DNA of 64,000 nucleotides, from contig OY253669.1 in NCBI GenBank assembly GCA_958009085.1, forward strand, positions 682,001 to 746,000, read 5' to 3'. This stretch comes from Protoeuglena noctilucae. Lineage: Eukaryota. The notes under the pieces are model-generated. The model saw only the letters and a list, made by a program, of their open reading frames with translations. It was not told the origin of the DNA and searched no databases. Positions 23,253 to 35,357 of this stretch are shown here, piece by piece; the first letter of the stretch is position 1; every line of letters begins with the position of its first letter. The position numbers and the translations under genes were made by a program.

Positions 23253-25062
23253 ATGGAGCTCAGCGGTCGTGGTCGAGGTGGACCCCGCGGATCTCGGGGC
23301 GCGATGGCGCGAGGCGGGGGAGACGCGTCCGCACGCGCCCCTTGCGACGAGGATCTGCGCGCCCCTTGCGCACAGGCGCGCCCGCCGCGGCCTCCAGTGG
23401 ATCGACACTGCTAGTGGGTGACATTGGCGGAACAAATGCGCGGATCCAGGTGCGCCTCGCCATACGGCAAGCCTCCGAGTTGCGGTCCGGTGCCACGCGT
23501 CGCTGGCGTCCCCTGCAGCCGCATCGCCTCGGCAGTGACAAGCGTGGCGCATCTACTGCAACAATGGTCATGCTTATCGATCAGCCCTGCACCGTGCGCT
23601 CTCGGGCCCTCGCTTTTGCACGCCAGCGTTCCGTCCCCTGCAGATTGCGCGCATTTCTGCCGCCGGGGTCCCCGAGGTCGTGGTTAGGAAGGATTTCTCG
23701 ACCAAAGAGCACAAGTCCTTGCTGTCTGTCGTGGAGACCTTCCTCCGCATGCACCCCAACTACGCCCCCAAGTCCATGTGCTTTGCGGTGGCAGGCCCCG
23801 TCGACGACGGCCTGTGCTTTATGACGAACCTGGAATGGACCGTGGACGCCAAGGACATGTCCGCGCGGCTGGGGGTCCCCGTGGCCGTCCTGAACGACTT
23901 TGAGGCCATCGGCTACGGCATCCACGAGGTGCCCGGGGCGGAGGTGGTGTGCCTGAACGACGTCCCCGCCAAGCCGCGGGCGCCGATCGTCGTCATCGGG
24001 CCCGGCACCGGGCTGGGTGCCTGCCAGCTCTTCTGGGACGAGGCGTCGGGGGCGTACAAGTGAGGGGCGGCAACAATGGGCCACGTGCGCGCAGTTGCTT
24101 TGTATGGCTGCACTCGCATGCCCACGGCATGGTCACGTCGCATGGCTGCGTTCAAGTGACACCTGCGCATGCAGCCCAGCGCTTGCGATGCCACAATGTG
24201 GCCGCTTGTGAAGACGGATACCCATGAGCGCTGTGCCTGCAGGGTGTATCCTGGCGAGGGGACCCACAGTGACTTCGCACCACGGGGGGAGAAGCAGCGC
24301 AAGCTGCTGGAGTTCGTAGAGAGGGAGCTGGGTTACTGTGAGATCGAGCACGTGGGGTGCGGGTCGGGACTGGAGCGCATCTACCAGGTGAGACATGGCA
24401 TTTGCTAACCATGCCTCTGCTGTCACTGTAACAGTCACGGTGCCACCAAAACGCACGAGTGTTGCCTACAAATGCTAGCCACCTGGGGTGCACATTGATG
24501 ACTGGTGTTTCCCTCCGCAGTTCCTCCAATCGACGGAGAGCCCGGCCAACCAGCCCATCGTGAGCCTAGACGCGCAAGGCATCTCCCAGGCGTCGCGAGA
24601 CGGGGACCCCTTGGCCAGGAACGCCATGGACATGATGCTCAGCATCGTGGGGCAGGAGGTGAGGGCAGCGACTGCAACACTCTGCGCTGCTCTGCGTTTC
24701 CCCTGTGAAGGACGGACGCGGTGGCAGAATGCGGAGTGTCTGCACTGCGAGGCGTGGACAAGGGATGCAGTCACTCAGGGTACTCGTGATGCAGTCACAC
24801 TCAGCTCGGTTATCGCCCGCAGGCGGGGCACATGGCGCTGCGGTGCATGGCGCAGGGCGGGGTGTACGTGGCGGGGGGCATCGTGCCAAAGAACATGGAC
24901 CGGGTGCTGCCGGACGGGGGGGAGCTCCTGCGGGGCTTCCTGAACCGCCGGAGCCGGCTCTCCAAGCTCCACGCCTCCTTCCGCCTGTCGGTCGTCATGA
25001 ACCAGGGCGTGGGCCTCCTGGGGGCCATGAGCTACGCCCAGCGGCTCGTCAAGGACAAGTAG
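23253..25062 (+). CDS. glk: Glucokinase, bacterial Glk type
   Basis: LLVGDIGGTNARI, FAVAGPV...MTNLEW, LNDFEAIGYG, VIGPGTGLG, PGEGTHSDFAP, EIEHVGCGSGL, GGVYVAGGI, GLLGA. Five GT-AG introns. Confidence 0.92.
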
Positions 25063-25322
25063 CTTTTGCAGCCTGAGTAGCCACGTGGTTTTGTCGCAGC
25101 CCTTGCAAGGGCCTGCAGGCTGCATAGGCAGAGTGCGCCACGCATGCCGTCCCTCGCTCTCTCTCGCTTCACTCCCCTCCTCCCGGCCTGGGACTTGAAA
25201 TGGATTTCGCAACTACACAGTGGCGGAAGCAGCACCTGACGCCCGTCTACCCCAGCTCCCCTATGCCTGAGCTCCACCCCCAGCCCCACCCCCAGCACCT
25301 TCACCCCACTAGTCTCTCCTCC

Positions 25323-27540
25323 TCACAGCTTCCCCACGGCCTCCTCGAGCCTCTGCTTCTTGTACCCCGACACCTCAGGCGCCACCTCCTTCCCGTCCTT
25401 GAAGAAGCGGAATGCAGGCAGCGCCTTGACGCCCAGCTGGGACACCACGCCCGACATGGCGGGGTTCTCCGTGTCGACCTTCACGAACTTGACGCTGCGG
25501 GGACGGGGAGGGCATGGGTTGTTAGCGTATTACGTATGCACTGGTTGCGGAGACTGGCGCTGAATGCAAAGCGGAGGGAAGCGGTGTGGGGCAGGGAGGG
25601 GTGCCCTGCGACATTCTACGTGGGGTGATGTGACTGTGACAGGTGAGTTTGCGCAACGCCCCTCACTTGCTGTACTTGTCCATGAGCTTCTCGACGAAGG
25701 GACCAATCTGCTGGCACTTGCCGCACCACCTGCAGGTGCATTGCGGGTGCGGGCCTCAGTAACCGCTGTCAAGCAGCGCATGCCAGAGCAGCGGTGGGAC
25801 AGGCGCCGCGCAGGAGAGGAACCGATGCGGTGGGCGATCGAGCGCAGTCGCAATGCATGTGGCATCAGGCATGGCATGGGGCGACTCACGGGGCGTAGAA
25901 GTCCACCACGGTGGGCCCCTTGGCGATGGCGCTGCGGAACTCCTCCTCGTTCTTCAGGGCCGGGACCCTGCGAGAGCCGAAGCACGTTTTGCGTCACGAG
26001 TGCTAAGGTGCGTGGGTGAGTGGAAGGTCTGCAATGTACCAAGCGCGCCATGGGGAGGGTCGTGGAGTTTGCAGCTGTAGTATGCCATTGAATGCCTTCC
26101 AGCCCTCCCAGTCCAGTATCACTCACTTGGACGCTACCTCGTGCCCCTCTCCCTCATTCGCCGACTCGAAGTACTCGAGGCTCGCGTCCGCGTCCGCCTT
26201 CATCGTCTTGTCGCCCGGCTGCCAGTCCGCAGGGCATACCTCCCCGTGCTCTGCCACGAACTGCAGGGGCGTGCGGCAAGGCGTCCTGTCGGTTCCAATC
26301 GCAACACACCGCGTGGTTCATCACCAGGTGCCGCAAACGAGCGCGTTGCAAGGGGAGGCGGCTGCTGCGATCTCGTATGGCTTGACGCACGGCAGTCCGC
26401 GCTCGCCTGGTACGCCTGGATCAGCCGCAGCGTCTCGTCGACGGACCGCCCCACGGGGAAGTCAGTGAGGGAGTAGTGCACGACCACGCCCTCGGGGTTG
26501 ATGATGTAGAGCCCACGGTACGCGATGCCTAAGTCCTCGGCCAGGGTGCCGTAGCTCTTGGAGATGGCGTGGGTCGGGTCGGCCACCAGCGGGATCTGCA
26601 TCTTGCCCAGGCCCCCCTTCTTGCGCGGCGTCCTGCACCAGGCCAGGTGCACCTCCTCGGTGTCCGTCGAGACGCCAATCACTTTGGCGTTGATCGCGTC
26701 GAACTCCCGGTGGCGGTCTGAGAAGGCGATGAGCTCCGTGGGGCACACGAACGTAAAGTCCTGTCAGGGGCATCAAAGGGTAACAGCTCAGCCATGAAGC
26801 TAGCAGCGGTGCTGGTGCAGGCTTGCGCCCCGATGCGCCCTGGCCGCGGGCACCTTGGGGTAAAAGAGCAGCACGGCCCACTTGCCCTGGCACTGCTCTG
26901 TGGCAGCGACAAAGGGGTGCCACCGTGATGAAGAGGCGGGCTCAGAGAGCATAAGCAGCCGCAACTCTATGAACGACACGACCAGCAGGCAGAGCTCGTC
27001 TCCCTTAGTTAGCTCAGCACATACACACAGTCAGTCGCGCAGCAAGGTATCACCCTTCAGGTGGAACTTGGTGATCTCCATGTCCACCACGGCGTTGGAG
27101 CAGAAGTCCTGCGCGGGGTTCTTCATGACGGCCACCTGCTCGTCCAGGAAGGGGTCCAGCTGCGGCTGGAGGAACGATGGAAGCACTCAGACACCGTTGG
27201 TCCCAGGCAAGCGCAGGGAAAGCGAAGCACCAATCCAGCAAGCCACACCTTGATGTCCCCATGAACGCCCACCACGCTCTCGGTGTAGGTCCTCCGCGCA
27301 GACCAACCCGCGGGCGCGGCATACCGCACGCCGGCCAGGGTCACGGGCCGACCAGCGAGGGTGCTCAGCAGCCTCGGCGCAGCGGTCGCGCGAGAAGCAT
27401 TGGCACAGAGACCGAACTGCGAGGTGCTCCCCGAGATGGCCGCGGACGTCGCTCTCCCGGCAGATGCACCTGCGCCGCGCGGCGGGGGACGGGACGTGGC
27501 TTTGCGCAACCACCCCCCATCGCGGCACGCGGGGTCATAG
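25323..27540 (-). CDS. Typical 2-Cys peroxiredoxin fused to a C-terminal thioredoxin domain, with an organellar presequence-like N-terminus (start uncertain)
   Basis: FYPK|DFTFVCPTE (peroxidatic Cys), GGLG, GRSVDETLRL, HGEVCPADW (resolving Cys), EYF. In-phase exons then give VVDFYAP|WCGKC...VKFVKVD...ALPAFRFFKDG...GKL*. Confidence 0.9.
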
Positions 27541-28191
27541 ATGGGCCATCGTAGGTCCGCGCCGCGACGTTTGCGACTCGATACATCCGCTGACATGGAC
27601 GCATCCCCCTGTGCGTCCTTGAGACGCGCAGGACGGGATCGCAAACACATTTGCAATACTATCGTCTGTTACAGGGATCTTCGCACTGTTCGAGGGCATA
27701 CAAGCACGGAGCAGCAATACCAGACATCAAGAGTTCCCAGCGCACGATTGTCGACCCCTTGACAGACCTCCCAGGCTTCGCACCTGCCCCGAGCGACCCG
27801 AGGGCCGCACCCTTGTCCCATAGCGCGCGCACGAGACGCCTCGACATGGCCGCGATCTTAAGACGAAGCGGGCGTCCACGAAGTGAGTATTCCGGCGAGG
27901 CTCCGCGCGCAGCCCAACTCTCTCGAGCATCCTGGCGCACGTGTCAGGGGCCCGCACCTGAAAAGGAGCTGACGGCTCGGGCAGGCCGCACAACGCGGGC
28001 AGGCCTCGTCGTCGGGCAGATCGGCTCGGGTGCCACGGCCGCGAGCAGAGCAGAAGTCCAGACCCCAGCCCCGTCTCGCACGCCGCGAGAGGGGCCGTGG
28101 CGCGCCCCAGGGTCCGCGTCCGGACGCAGTATCTTCAGATTGCTCCCCTGCTTCGGCGTCGCCGGCTCTCGTGTACGATTCGTGCCTCCCC

Positions 28192-31100
28192 ATGGACACG
28201 CCCGCCATGGACGAGGGGCGCGCCCGCCCGCGGAGGGCCACGCGGGCCCCCACGAGGCTAGACCTCGGAGGCGACGATACAGCGCTTCAGCAGGCGAGCC
28301 ACGGCCGCTGCCGGTCCTCGCCTGTGGCCGCGGGGGGCCACCCGCCTTGGTCTGGGCCCTTCTCGGGGCCTTGGAGTGGCGCGGGGACCCCGGGGCGTCG
28401 GTTTCTGGACCTCAGGGCCTTGTATGGCGCCTGAGCTGCGGGTGTGCCGCGTTTGGCGCGACGAGAGCGCCCCGGGGCGCCACCCGGAGGGCCGTGTTCC
28501 TCGCCCTGCCTGAGCCTTCGGCCTGCCGCCCGCGCCCCGCCTGCCGCCGCTCGGACCCCCTCGCGGCCTCCGTCGCGGTTGTACTGCGTTACCTCATGCG
28601 ATGGCGGGGTCCCGGCGGCCCCGGAGGTGCCCCGCGGCGGGCCTGGGTCTCGGCTCGAGGTGTCCTGCCATGCTGCTTCAAATCGTCCCGGGCCCGGCCC
28701 GCTCGGCGGGTCTCGGGCCGACGGGGAGGGAGCCAGCGCATTTGACATTAGAATGTAGCGTAGCTGTGATGCCGGCGTGGGCGGGGAGGGCCGGGACGCG
28801 CTTCCCGGGACACCTTGCCTGCTCCCCCATGCACGAGTGCGGCGCGCGAGCATCCCCGGCCTCTCTCGCGCCCGCGCGCCTGCGCCCCGCGATGCGATAT
28901 TGTCTGTCAAGCAGCGTCGGGTAGACCACCGCCTCGCCGCGTCCCTCCCGCAGGCGCTGCGACTCTCGCTCAAGCACCACAAGCAGGAGCTCGTTGACAC
29001 CAAGCAGATCCCCGAGGTGACGATGCCAGGGCGCTTTGGTACGCGATATCGACGCGTCGCGCGCTCAGGGCGTGCCAGACGCCGGCGCTGCTCTCGCGGC
29101 CGCAGGCGCCCGTGTTCCGGCCCACGGCGGAGGAATTCCAGGACCCGTACGCGTATATTCAGAAGATTCGGCCCGAGGCGATACGTTGCGGCATATGCAA
29201 GGCGAGTGGGGGGGCGACAGGCTCCGCCGTGCCCGCGGCGCGCGGTCGTGGGCGGTTGTCACTCTTGCCTGCTGCGCACGTCGTGCAGGTCGTCCCGCCG
29301 GAGGGATGGCGCCCCGACTGCGTGCTGGATCAGGTGGACCAGACGCGGCGGTTCAAGACGAAGCGCCAGAAGCTGCACCTCCTGCAGCAGGGCCGCGGCA
29401 TTGACGAGGGCGCCCGCCACGACCAGTTCTCCTACCGCCGGTACGCCGAGTCGTTCGCCGCGGACTTCTACGAGCGCCACCCGGAGCTCCTGCAGGACGT
29501 GGAGCAGCTGCGGGAGGCGGGCGTGGACGAGTGGGAGGCGCGGGCGACCGTGCACGAGCGCTTCTACTGGCGCGTGGTGGAGACGCAGTCCGAGGAGGTC
29601 ACCGTCGACTACGCCAACGACCAGGACATGTCCAAGTTCGGCAGCGCCTTCTCGGAGGACGACCGCGGGTCGGGACGGCCCTCGCCGTGGGACCTCCGCA
29701 GCTTCCCGGTCCGCGACCGCTCCGTCCTCCGCAAGCTCGACCAGGACGTGGAGGGGGTCACGCGGCCCTGGCTCTACTACGGCGCTCTCTTCAGCACCTT
29801 CTGCTGGCACACCGAGGCGAGCCCCGCGGGATCCGCGCATGCCCTGGCCCAGGCTGCCTTGTTCAGCGCCTCTGACGTGTTGCGTGCCTGGCCACCAACC
29901 ATCGGCGATTCGCCCGGATCGCGCAGGACCACTTCCTGTACTCGATTAACTACATGCACGAGGGCGCCCCGAAGACGTGGTACGGCGCGCCCCACACGGC
30001 CAGCCGCAAGTTCGAGGCGACCCTCAAGCAGCACCTGCCGCTGGTGTTCGAGGTGGAGCCCGACCTCCTCTACCGCATGTCCACGGCCATATCGCCGCGT
30101 GTCCTCATGGACCACGGGTGAGGCGGCGACCGCTGCGCCGCCGCTCGGACCGGAAGTGGGACGTGGCAGGAATGGGCACGGCGCCTCCCCCGCGCGCAGT
30201 GTGCCGATCGTGCGGACCTTACAGCGTCCCGGGGAGTTCGTGGTGACGTTCCCGGACGCCTTCCACGGCGGCTTCTCCCACGGGTGGAACTGCGCCGAGG
30301 CCGTCAACTTCGCAACCATCGACTGGATCCCTCTGGGCCGCACCGCCATCACCAAGGCGAGGAGTTTAGCGGTGGCTGTGTCGCGTAACGTGCGGTGGTT
30401 GTGCCCTTGTGACCCTCAACTCCTGCTGCGGTGGCCCTTGGGTGGCGGAGCTGTGTCGCGCTCATGCGTTGCTCACTCTGGCCTCGTCAAACCTGTGCGC
30501 AGTACAAGAGCGGGCGCGGCAAGCGCGGCAGCGTCTTCCCGCACGACAAAATGGTCCACGACCTGGCGCGGCTGGCGCTGGGGTGGGACACGAGCCAGTC
30601 GGGGGTGGAGAGGTCTCACGTGTACCTGACGGGGGACAAGGGCATTAAGCAGGTGGCGGGGCGGCTGGTGGTCGACCGGGTGGGGGAGGACGAGGTCGCG
30701 TCGCGGGGGAACGAATCCCACGACGAGACGGTCAGCGACAGCGACGGGGGGCGCGCCACGCACGACGGCGCGAGGAGCCGCGCGAGGGAGGCGCGGGCGC
30801 AGGGGCAGGGGCACGGGCAGGGGCACGGGCAGGCGGAGGCAGAGGCGCCGTCCCGACCGCTGTGGGACATCGACACGCTCGCCTGCGAGCACTGCGGCAG
30901 GTGCGGCACGCTGCGGGGATGGATGTTTGGCGCAGCAACCTGTCCGTCAGCGTGGCACGCGTTGCGGCTTGCGAGACATGCGCTCTTTACACAAGCGACA
31001 CGGAAGCATTCCCGCCCCTCTCTTCCCGGCTCGCAGGGGCGACCGCGAGGACCAGATGATCATCTGCGACGCGTGCGACCGTGGCTTCCACATGGACTGC

Positions 31101-33409
31101 CTGGTCCCCAGGCTGGAGACGGTGCCGGAGGGCGAGTGGCGGTGCATGCGGTGCGAGGGCGAGCGGGGCGCGGCGGGGGCGGAGGCGGGCGCGGCGGCGG
31201 AGGGCGGCGCGGAGGGCGCCCAGCCGGGGCTGACGGCCCTCGGGGCCGACCAGGCCGCGGAGGTCGGGGGCAAGGCCTCCGCCGAGACCCGCGGGGTGGA
31301 CAGCGACCTGGAGGAGGACGCCGGGGACGTCGTCGGGGTGCTCCCGAGTTTCTTTGAGACGGAGTTCGACTGGGACTTTCTGGCGAGGGACTTGCGTGGC
31401 ATGGCGGAGGACGAGATGCACTTCCGGCGGTGGCTGCGGGACCACAAGGAGGCGGGGTTGACCGAGTACAAGGTGCAGCTGACCCGGTGAGGGCGCTGGG
31501 CTGGGAGGGCTGAGGGCCAGGGATGGGGTGCCTCGCCAGGGATGTGGTGTTGTGTGGAAGGCGAGGTGTGTCGATATAGACCTGGGATCGTCTCTGTGAT
31601 GTACACTGAGTATGCGAGGATGCGATTCGACCGCAGGGAGCAAGAGGAGGACCTTCCCCACTGCTGCATCTGCCAGGCGATCCCGTACTTTGCGTGGGCG
31701 CGGTGCAGCTGCCGGCCCGGCAAGTTGGCCTGCCTGGAGCACGCCTACTACGGGTGCCTGTGCGGGAGCGAGAGCAAGACCATGGAGGTGTTTGTGTCGG
31801 ACCGGCGCCTGCTGCACCTGGTGGAGGTGACGCACCGGCGTATGCTCGCGCACCGCCGGCCGGTGCCCGTGCGCACGCGGCGGGCCGCGGACGGCGACGA
31901 GAGCGAGTGCGAGGTGGACGACGAGACGCGGTGCACCAAGGCCACCTTCAACTGGCAGTGCAAGGTGAGACGTGGTCATGAGCCCAGAGCTGCGAGGGCC
32001 CGGGGCGGTGGCTTGACAGCCTGTCAGGCCCAGACCCGCTATGCGGCTTGGCACATGAGGGCGAGGGAGGCGAGGCGGGGCTGCACGACGCCGCTCATAC
32101 GCTCGTGACCCTCTCTGCCCCCGTCGCTTGCACGCAGCACGAGCGCATGCCCGGCAGCCGGTACTGCGAGTTCCACGAGCGGAGCCACCAGCGGGCGCAG
32201 GCGACGCAGGGGCCCCCGGGGCAGCAGTTCGCCGCCCGCCGCCGCCACCTCATGCACGCCCAGGCGCTGGCCTTGGGGCGGTACAACGGTGGTGCCGGGG
32301 CGGGTCCCTCGTCGTCCCGCGTCGGTTTGGGGGCCGCGGGGTGGATTGGCAAGGCCAAGAGGGCGCGGCCGGCGGAGATCCTGCCCGAGGAGGAGCGGTG
32401 CACGTGGGCCAACATGAAGGGGTCCCGGTGCCGGTACCCCCGGGAGGCGGGGAGCGACCTGTGCCTGAAACACTCGCAGGAGCAGGGGACAAGGGGCGAA
32501 GACCAGTGCCACCGGTGAGGGCAGGGCGAGGGTGGAGGGGGCGGGGTGTGGCGCGGGTAGTTCGCTGGGTGGCGGCGTGGTGGCTTGTGAGTCTGTTGCA
32601 TGGATGTGGTGGCTGGACGCGAGGGACGCCTGCGTTTGTTCCTCAGGTCCGGGCGGTCGTGGCAGTGCGTGGGGGCGCGGGAGGCGGGCAGCCTGTACTG
32701 CCCCGTGCACGGGCGGGAGGTGCGGGCCAAGAACCGCCGATTTGCTGCCAAGCGGGCGGCCAAGAAGGCCGCGGACGCCCTGGACGACCTCCTCAAGTGA
32801 GCCGAGCCGCTGCTGCGTCAACTTGCATGTGCCTTGCAGCAGAGTCACGAGTTGGCTCTTCGGGGCCATGCGCGCATGGCAGACCTTTGAGCTGCAATTT
32901 GAGGTCCTTCGCGGGTTGCTTTTGCTCGCAGAAAGGGCGCGGCGCAGCCTCGGGTGGACGCTGCGATCGAGGCACTGGCGGCGGCCAAGGGCCTGGTGGA
33001 GGAGGCCGAGCGTGAGCTGCGGAAGGCAGCGGCGGAGGCGAAGGACAAGGCACCGAGGCAGAAGACGGGGTCGGCGTCGGGGCAGAGGGGCCGGAAGGGG
33101 CGGCGGGGCCGGGGGAGGGGCGGGCGCGGGCGGGGCAGGGGGCGGGGCGCGGGCGGGGCGGCTGCGATGGGAGAGGGCGAGGCGGAGGAGAGCGAGGGGT
33201 CGGAGACTGGCAGCGAGGACGGCGACGCGGGTGGCATGGGAGAGAAGGCGGGCGACGGTGCGGGGGAGGGCGCTGGGGTGGATGGGACGGGGAGCGAGGG
33301 GCGTGGCAGCGGAGTGGGGGCGGCGGGTGCTGACGAGGACGGGATGGCGGAGGGGGATGAGGGGGCGGAGAAGGCGGCGAAGCGGATCCGCGTGGACGAG
33401 GCGCAGTGA
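28192..33409 (+). CDS. KDM5/JARID-type JmjC histone demethylase (JmjN, JmjC, PHD, C5HC2 zinc finger, three WRC-like fingers)
   Basis: JmjN APVFRPTAEEFQDPYAYIQKIRPEA..CGICK|VVPP. JmjC PWLYYGALFSTFCWHTE|DHFLYSINYMHEGAPKTWY...QRPGEFVVTFPDAFHGGFSHGWNCAEAVNFA with H-x-E...H intact. PHD CEHC...CDACDRGFHMDCL...WRCMRC. C5HC2 CCIC...CSC...CLEH...CLC. Confidence 0.92.
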
Positions 33410-33551
33410 GCGACGAGCACCTGGTGGCATTCAAGTAGCAACTTTGCCGCAACGCGATGGTCATTGCCCTGACTTATCTCCCCGCCTGCAAGCGCATCGG
33501 CATGTAAAGCACCACAGATGCGGTCGGCTTGAACCAAACTGGTCCTTCATT

Positions 33552-34982
33552 CTAGTCGCTCTCCTGCTCGCCCGCCTCCTCCGGCTCCTCCTTGTAAGCC
33601 CCAGGAGCCACCCGACTGGCGCGCTTGGGCGTGCTGCGAGACGACCCTGCCGCAGGCGCCGAGGGGCCCGCGCCCTCCTCCGCGTCGTCGTCGTCATCGT
33701 TGTCTATCTCCTCGTCGCTGTCCGCCATCTTCACCCTCCGCTTGGGGGGCGCCTTCGCCCGGGCGCGCTTGGGTGCGGGCCCGTCCTCGTCCTTCACCTT
33801 CGCGGGAGGCCGCTTGCGCGGAGCCGGCTTCTCCTGCGGACGCCACGCGACGCCGTGCGTGATCTCTACGGCTTTGCTGCAGCCCCGTGGCAGGGCGGCG
33901 CTCGGCCATTGAGGGGCGCTGCGTTCAAGCATGCGTGCTCGTCCCTCCGCACCTCTTCCACGTCGCTCGAATCGAACAGCTTTTCCTTGGTCTTCTGCGG
34001 GCGAGGTCACCCGTCCCAATTTCGCAAATCCAAGCCAGACGCCTTCCCAGCGCATTGCATGCAGTGACCCTACGCACCTTGCCCCCTTTCCGCGCAAACG
34101 CCTTCTTCGGCGTGTCCTCCCCGTCCTCCTTCTTAACCCGCTTGCGCGGCGCGGCGTTGCGCGGCTTCTTGGGCGTTAATGCGCCCGGACGGTTCACCCT
34201 CAGCCACTCCTCCGCCTGCTCCCTGCGGGCCCGATACCAGCCAAGCGTCCGCAGGTCTGCCACCAGCGTCAGATCACGCCGACGGCGGGGCAGTGCGTGC
34301 GCCCACGCCGCTTCTCGCCTGGGGAGCAGCCCCCGACGGATGCACCAGTCATTGGCCATATGGGAGCCCGGCCGCTGACGCAGCAGCGAGGTGTAGAACT
34401 TGCGGAGCGGGTCGGTCTCGTCTGCGGCACACGAGCAGGGACGGCGGGGTCTTTGGATGGACACTGCCCGTGCCAATCGAACGCTTCCCTTGGCGCCTCG
34501 GAACCCTGCTCACCCGGCGGGTCCATGGTCTGCCCCGGAAGTTCGAAAACCTTCCTTGGTTTCTTCTCGTCCTCTTCCTTCTTCGGGACGCCATCTTGGC
34601 CGGCCCCGTTCTCCGCCGCCCCCTGGCTGCGCCCACTCCCCCCCGCCTCGGTCTGAGGGGCTCCCTCCCCGTTTGCCGTCGCCGCCTGCGTGCGCGCGAG
34701 TGCTGGATGCGACCGAGCAAATCACAAGCTTCTCGCGTGCAACCTGCAGAGCAGCGACCGGATCGCCACAGCGACGAGAGGGGCGGGGGCGTGAAGACAG
34801 TCGAGCGCGAGCGGGAACACAAGGAGGCAGCGGTTGATGTGCACGAGGAGGTGCGCGGGCACATTGCCATTTCGACTGTGCCAGCCACGACTGCGCATCA
34901 CCTCGGCCTCCGGCGCGGGCGCGGGCGTCGCGTCCACGTCGCCTTCCGTTGGGACGGCCTCCTGCTGAGCGTCCTCCGCCAT
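33552..34982 (-). CDS. Conserved uncharacterised Lys/Glu-rich (likely nuclear) protein
   Basis: Core KVFELPGQTMDPP|DETDPLRKFYTSLLRQRPGSHMANDWCIRRGLL matches a motif I recall from uncharacterised plant/algal proteins (LPGQ..DPP...DPLR.FY.SL..Q.P.S.MA..W...GLL). Exons join in phase. Confidence 0.75.
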
Positions 34983-35357
34983 AGCTGCGGGCGGACCGAA
35001 CGCGATGAACACGTTTGTGCACGCACAAAGGTGCGGCATTAAGGTGGATGCCGCGGGTGGCCGGGCTGGGCCCCCCTCCGTTTTCCCTTTGAGATACAGG
35101 CCACCGCGGACCACGCGGCCTGCGCAGCGAACGCGATCGCACCTTCCACGCGTCCTTCCACGGCTAGCCGTCAATCACGCAAGCTGATGTGCCCAACCCG
35201 ACCCTGTGAATGGGATTTGCGCACCGTGCCCCCTCTTCAACCCAAAAGGACACAGCGATGCCGGCAAAGCGCGCAGATTTGCCCCTAGTAATCATCGCGT
35301 TAAAACTCCAGCTCTTCTGTCGAGTAGTCAGGCACTGGCGCCAGGCGCCAGTCGGGC

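Noticed and set aside
33503..33507. TGTAA as a Chlamydomonas-type polyadenylation signal
   Set aside because: Present downstream of the JmjC gene but not consistently behind other genes, so it cannot be supported as the signal here.
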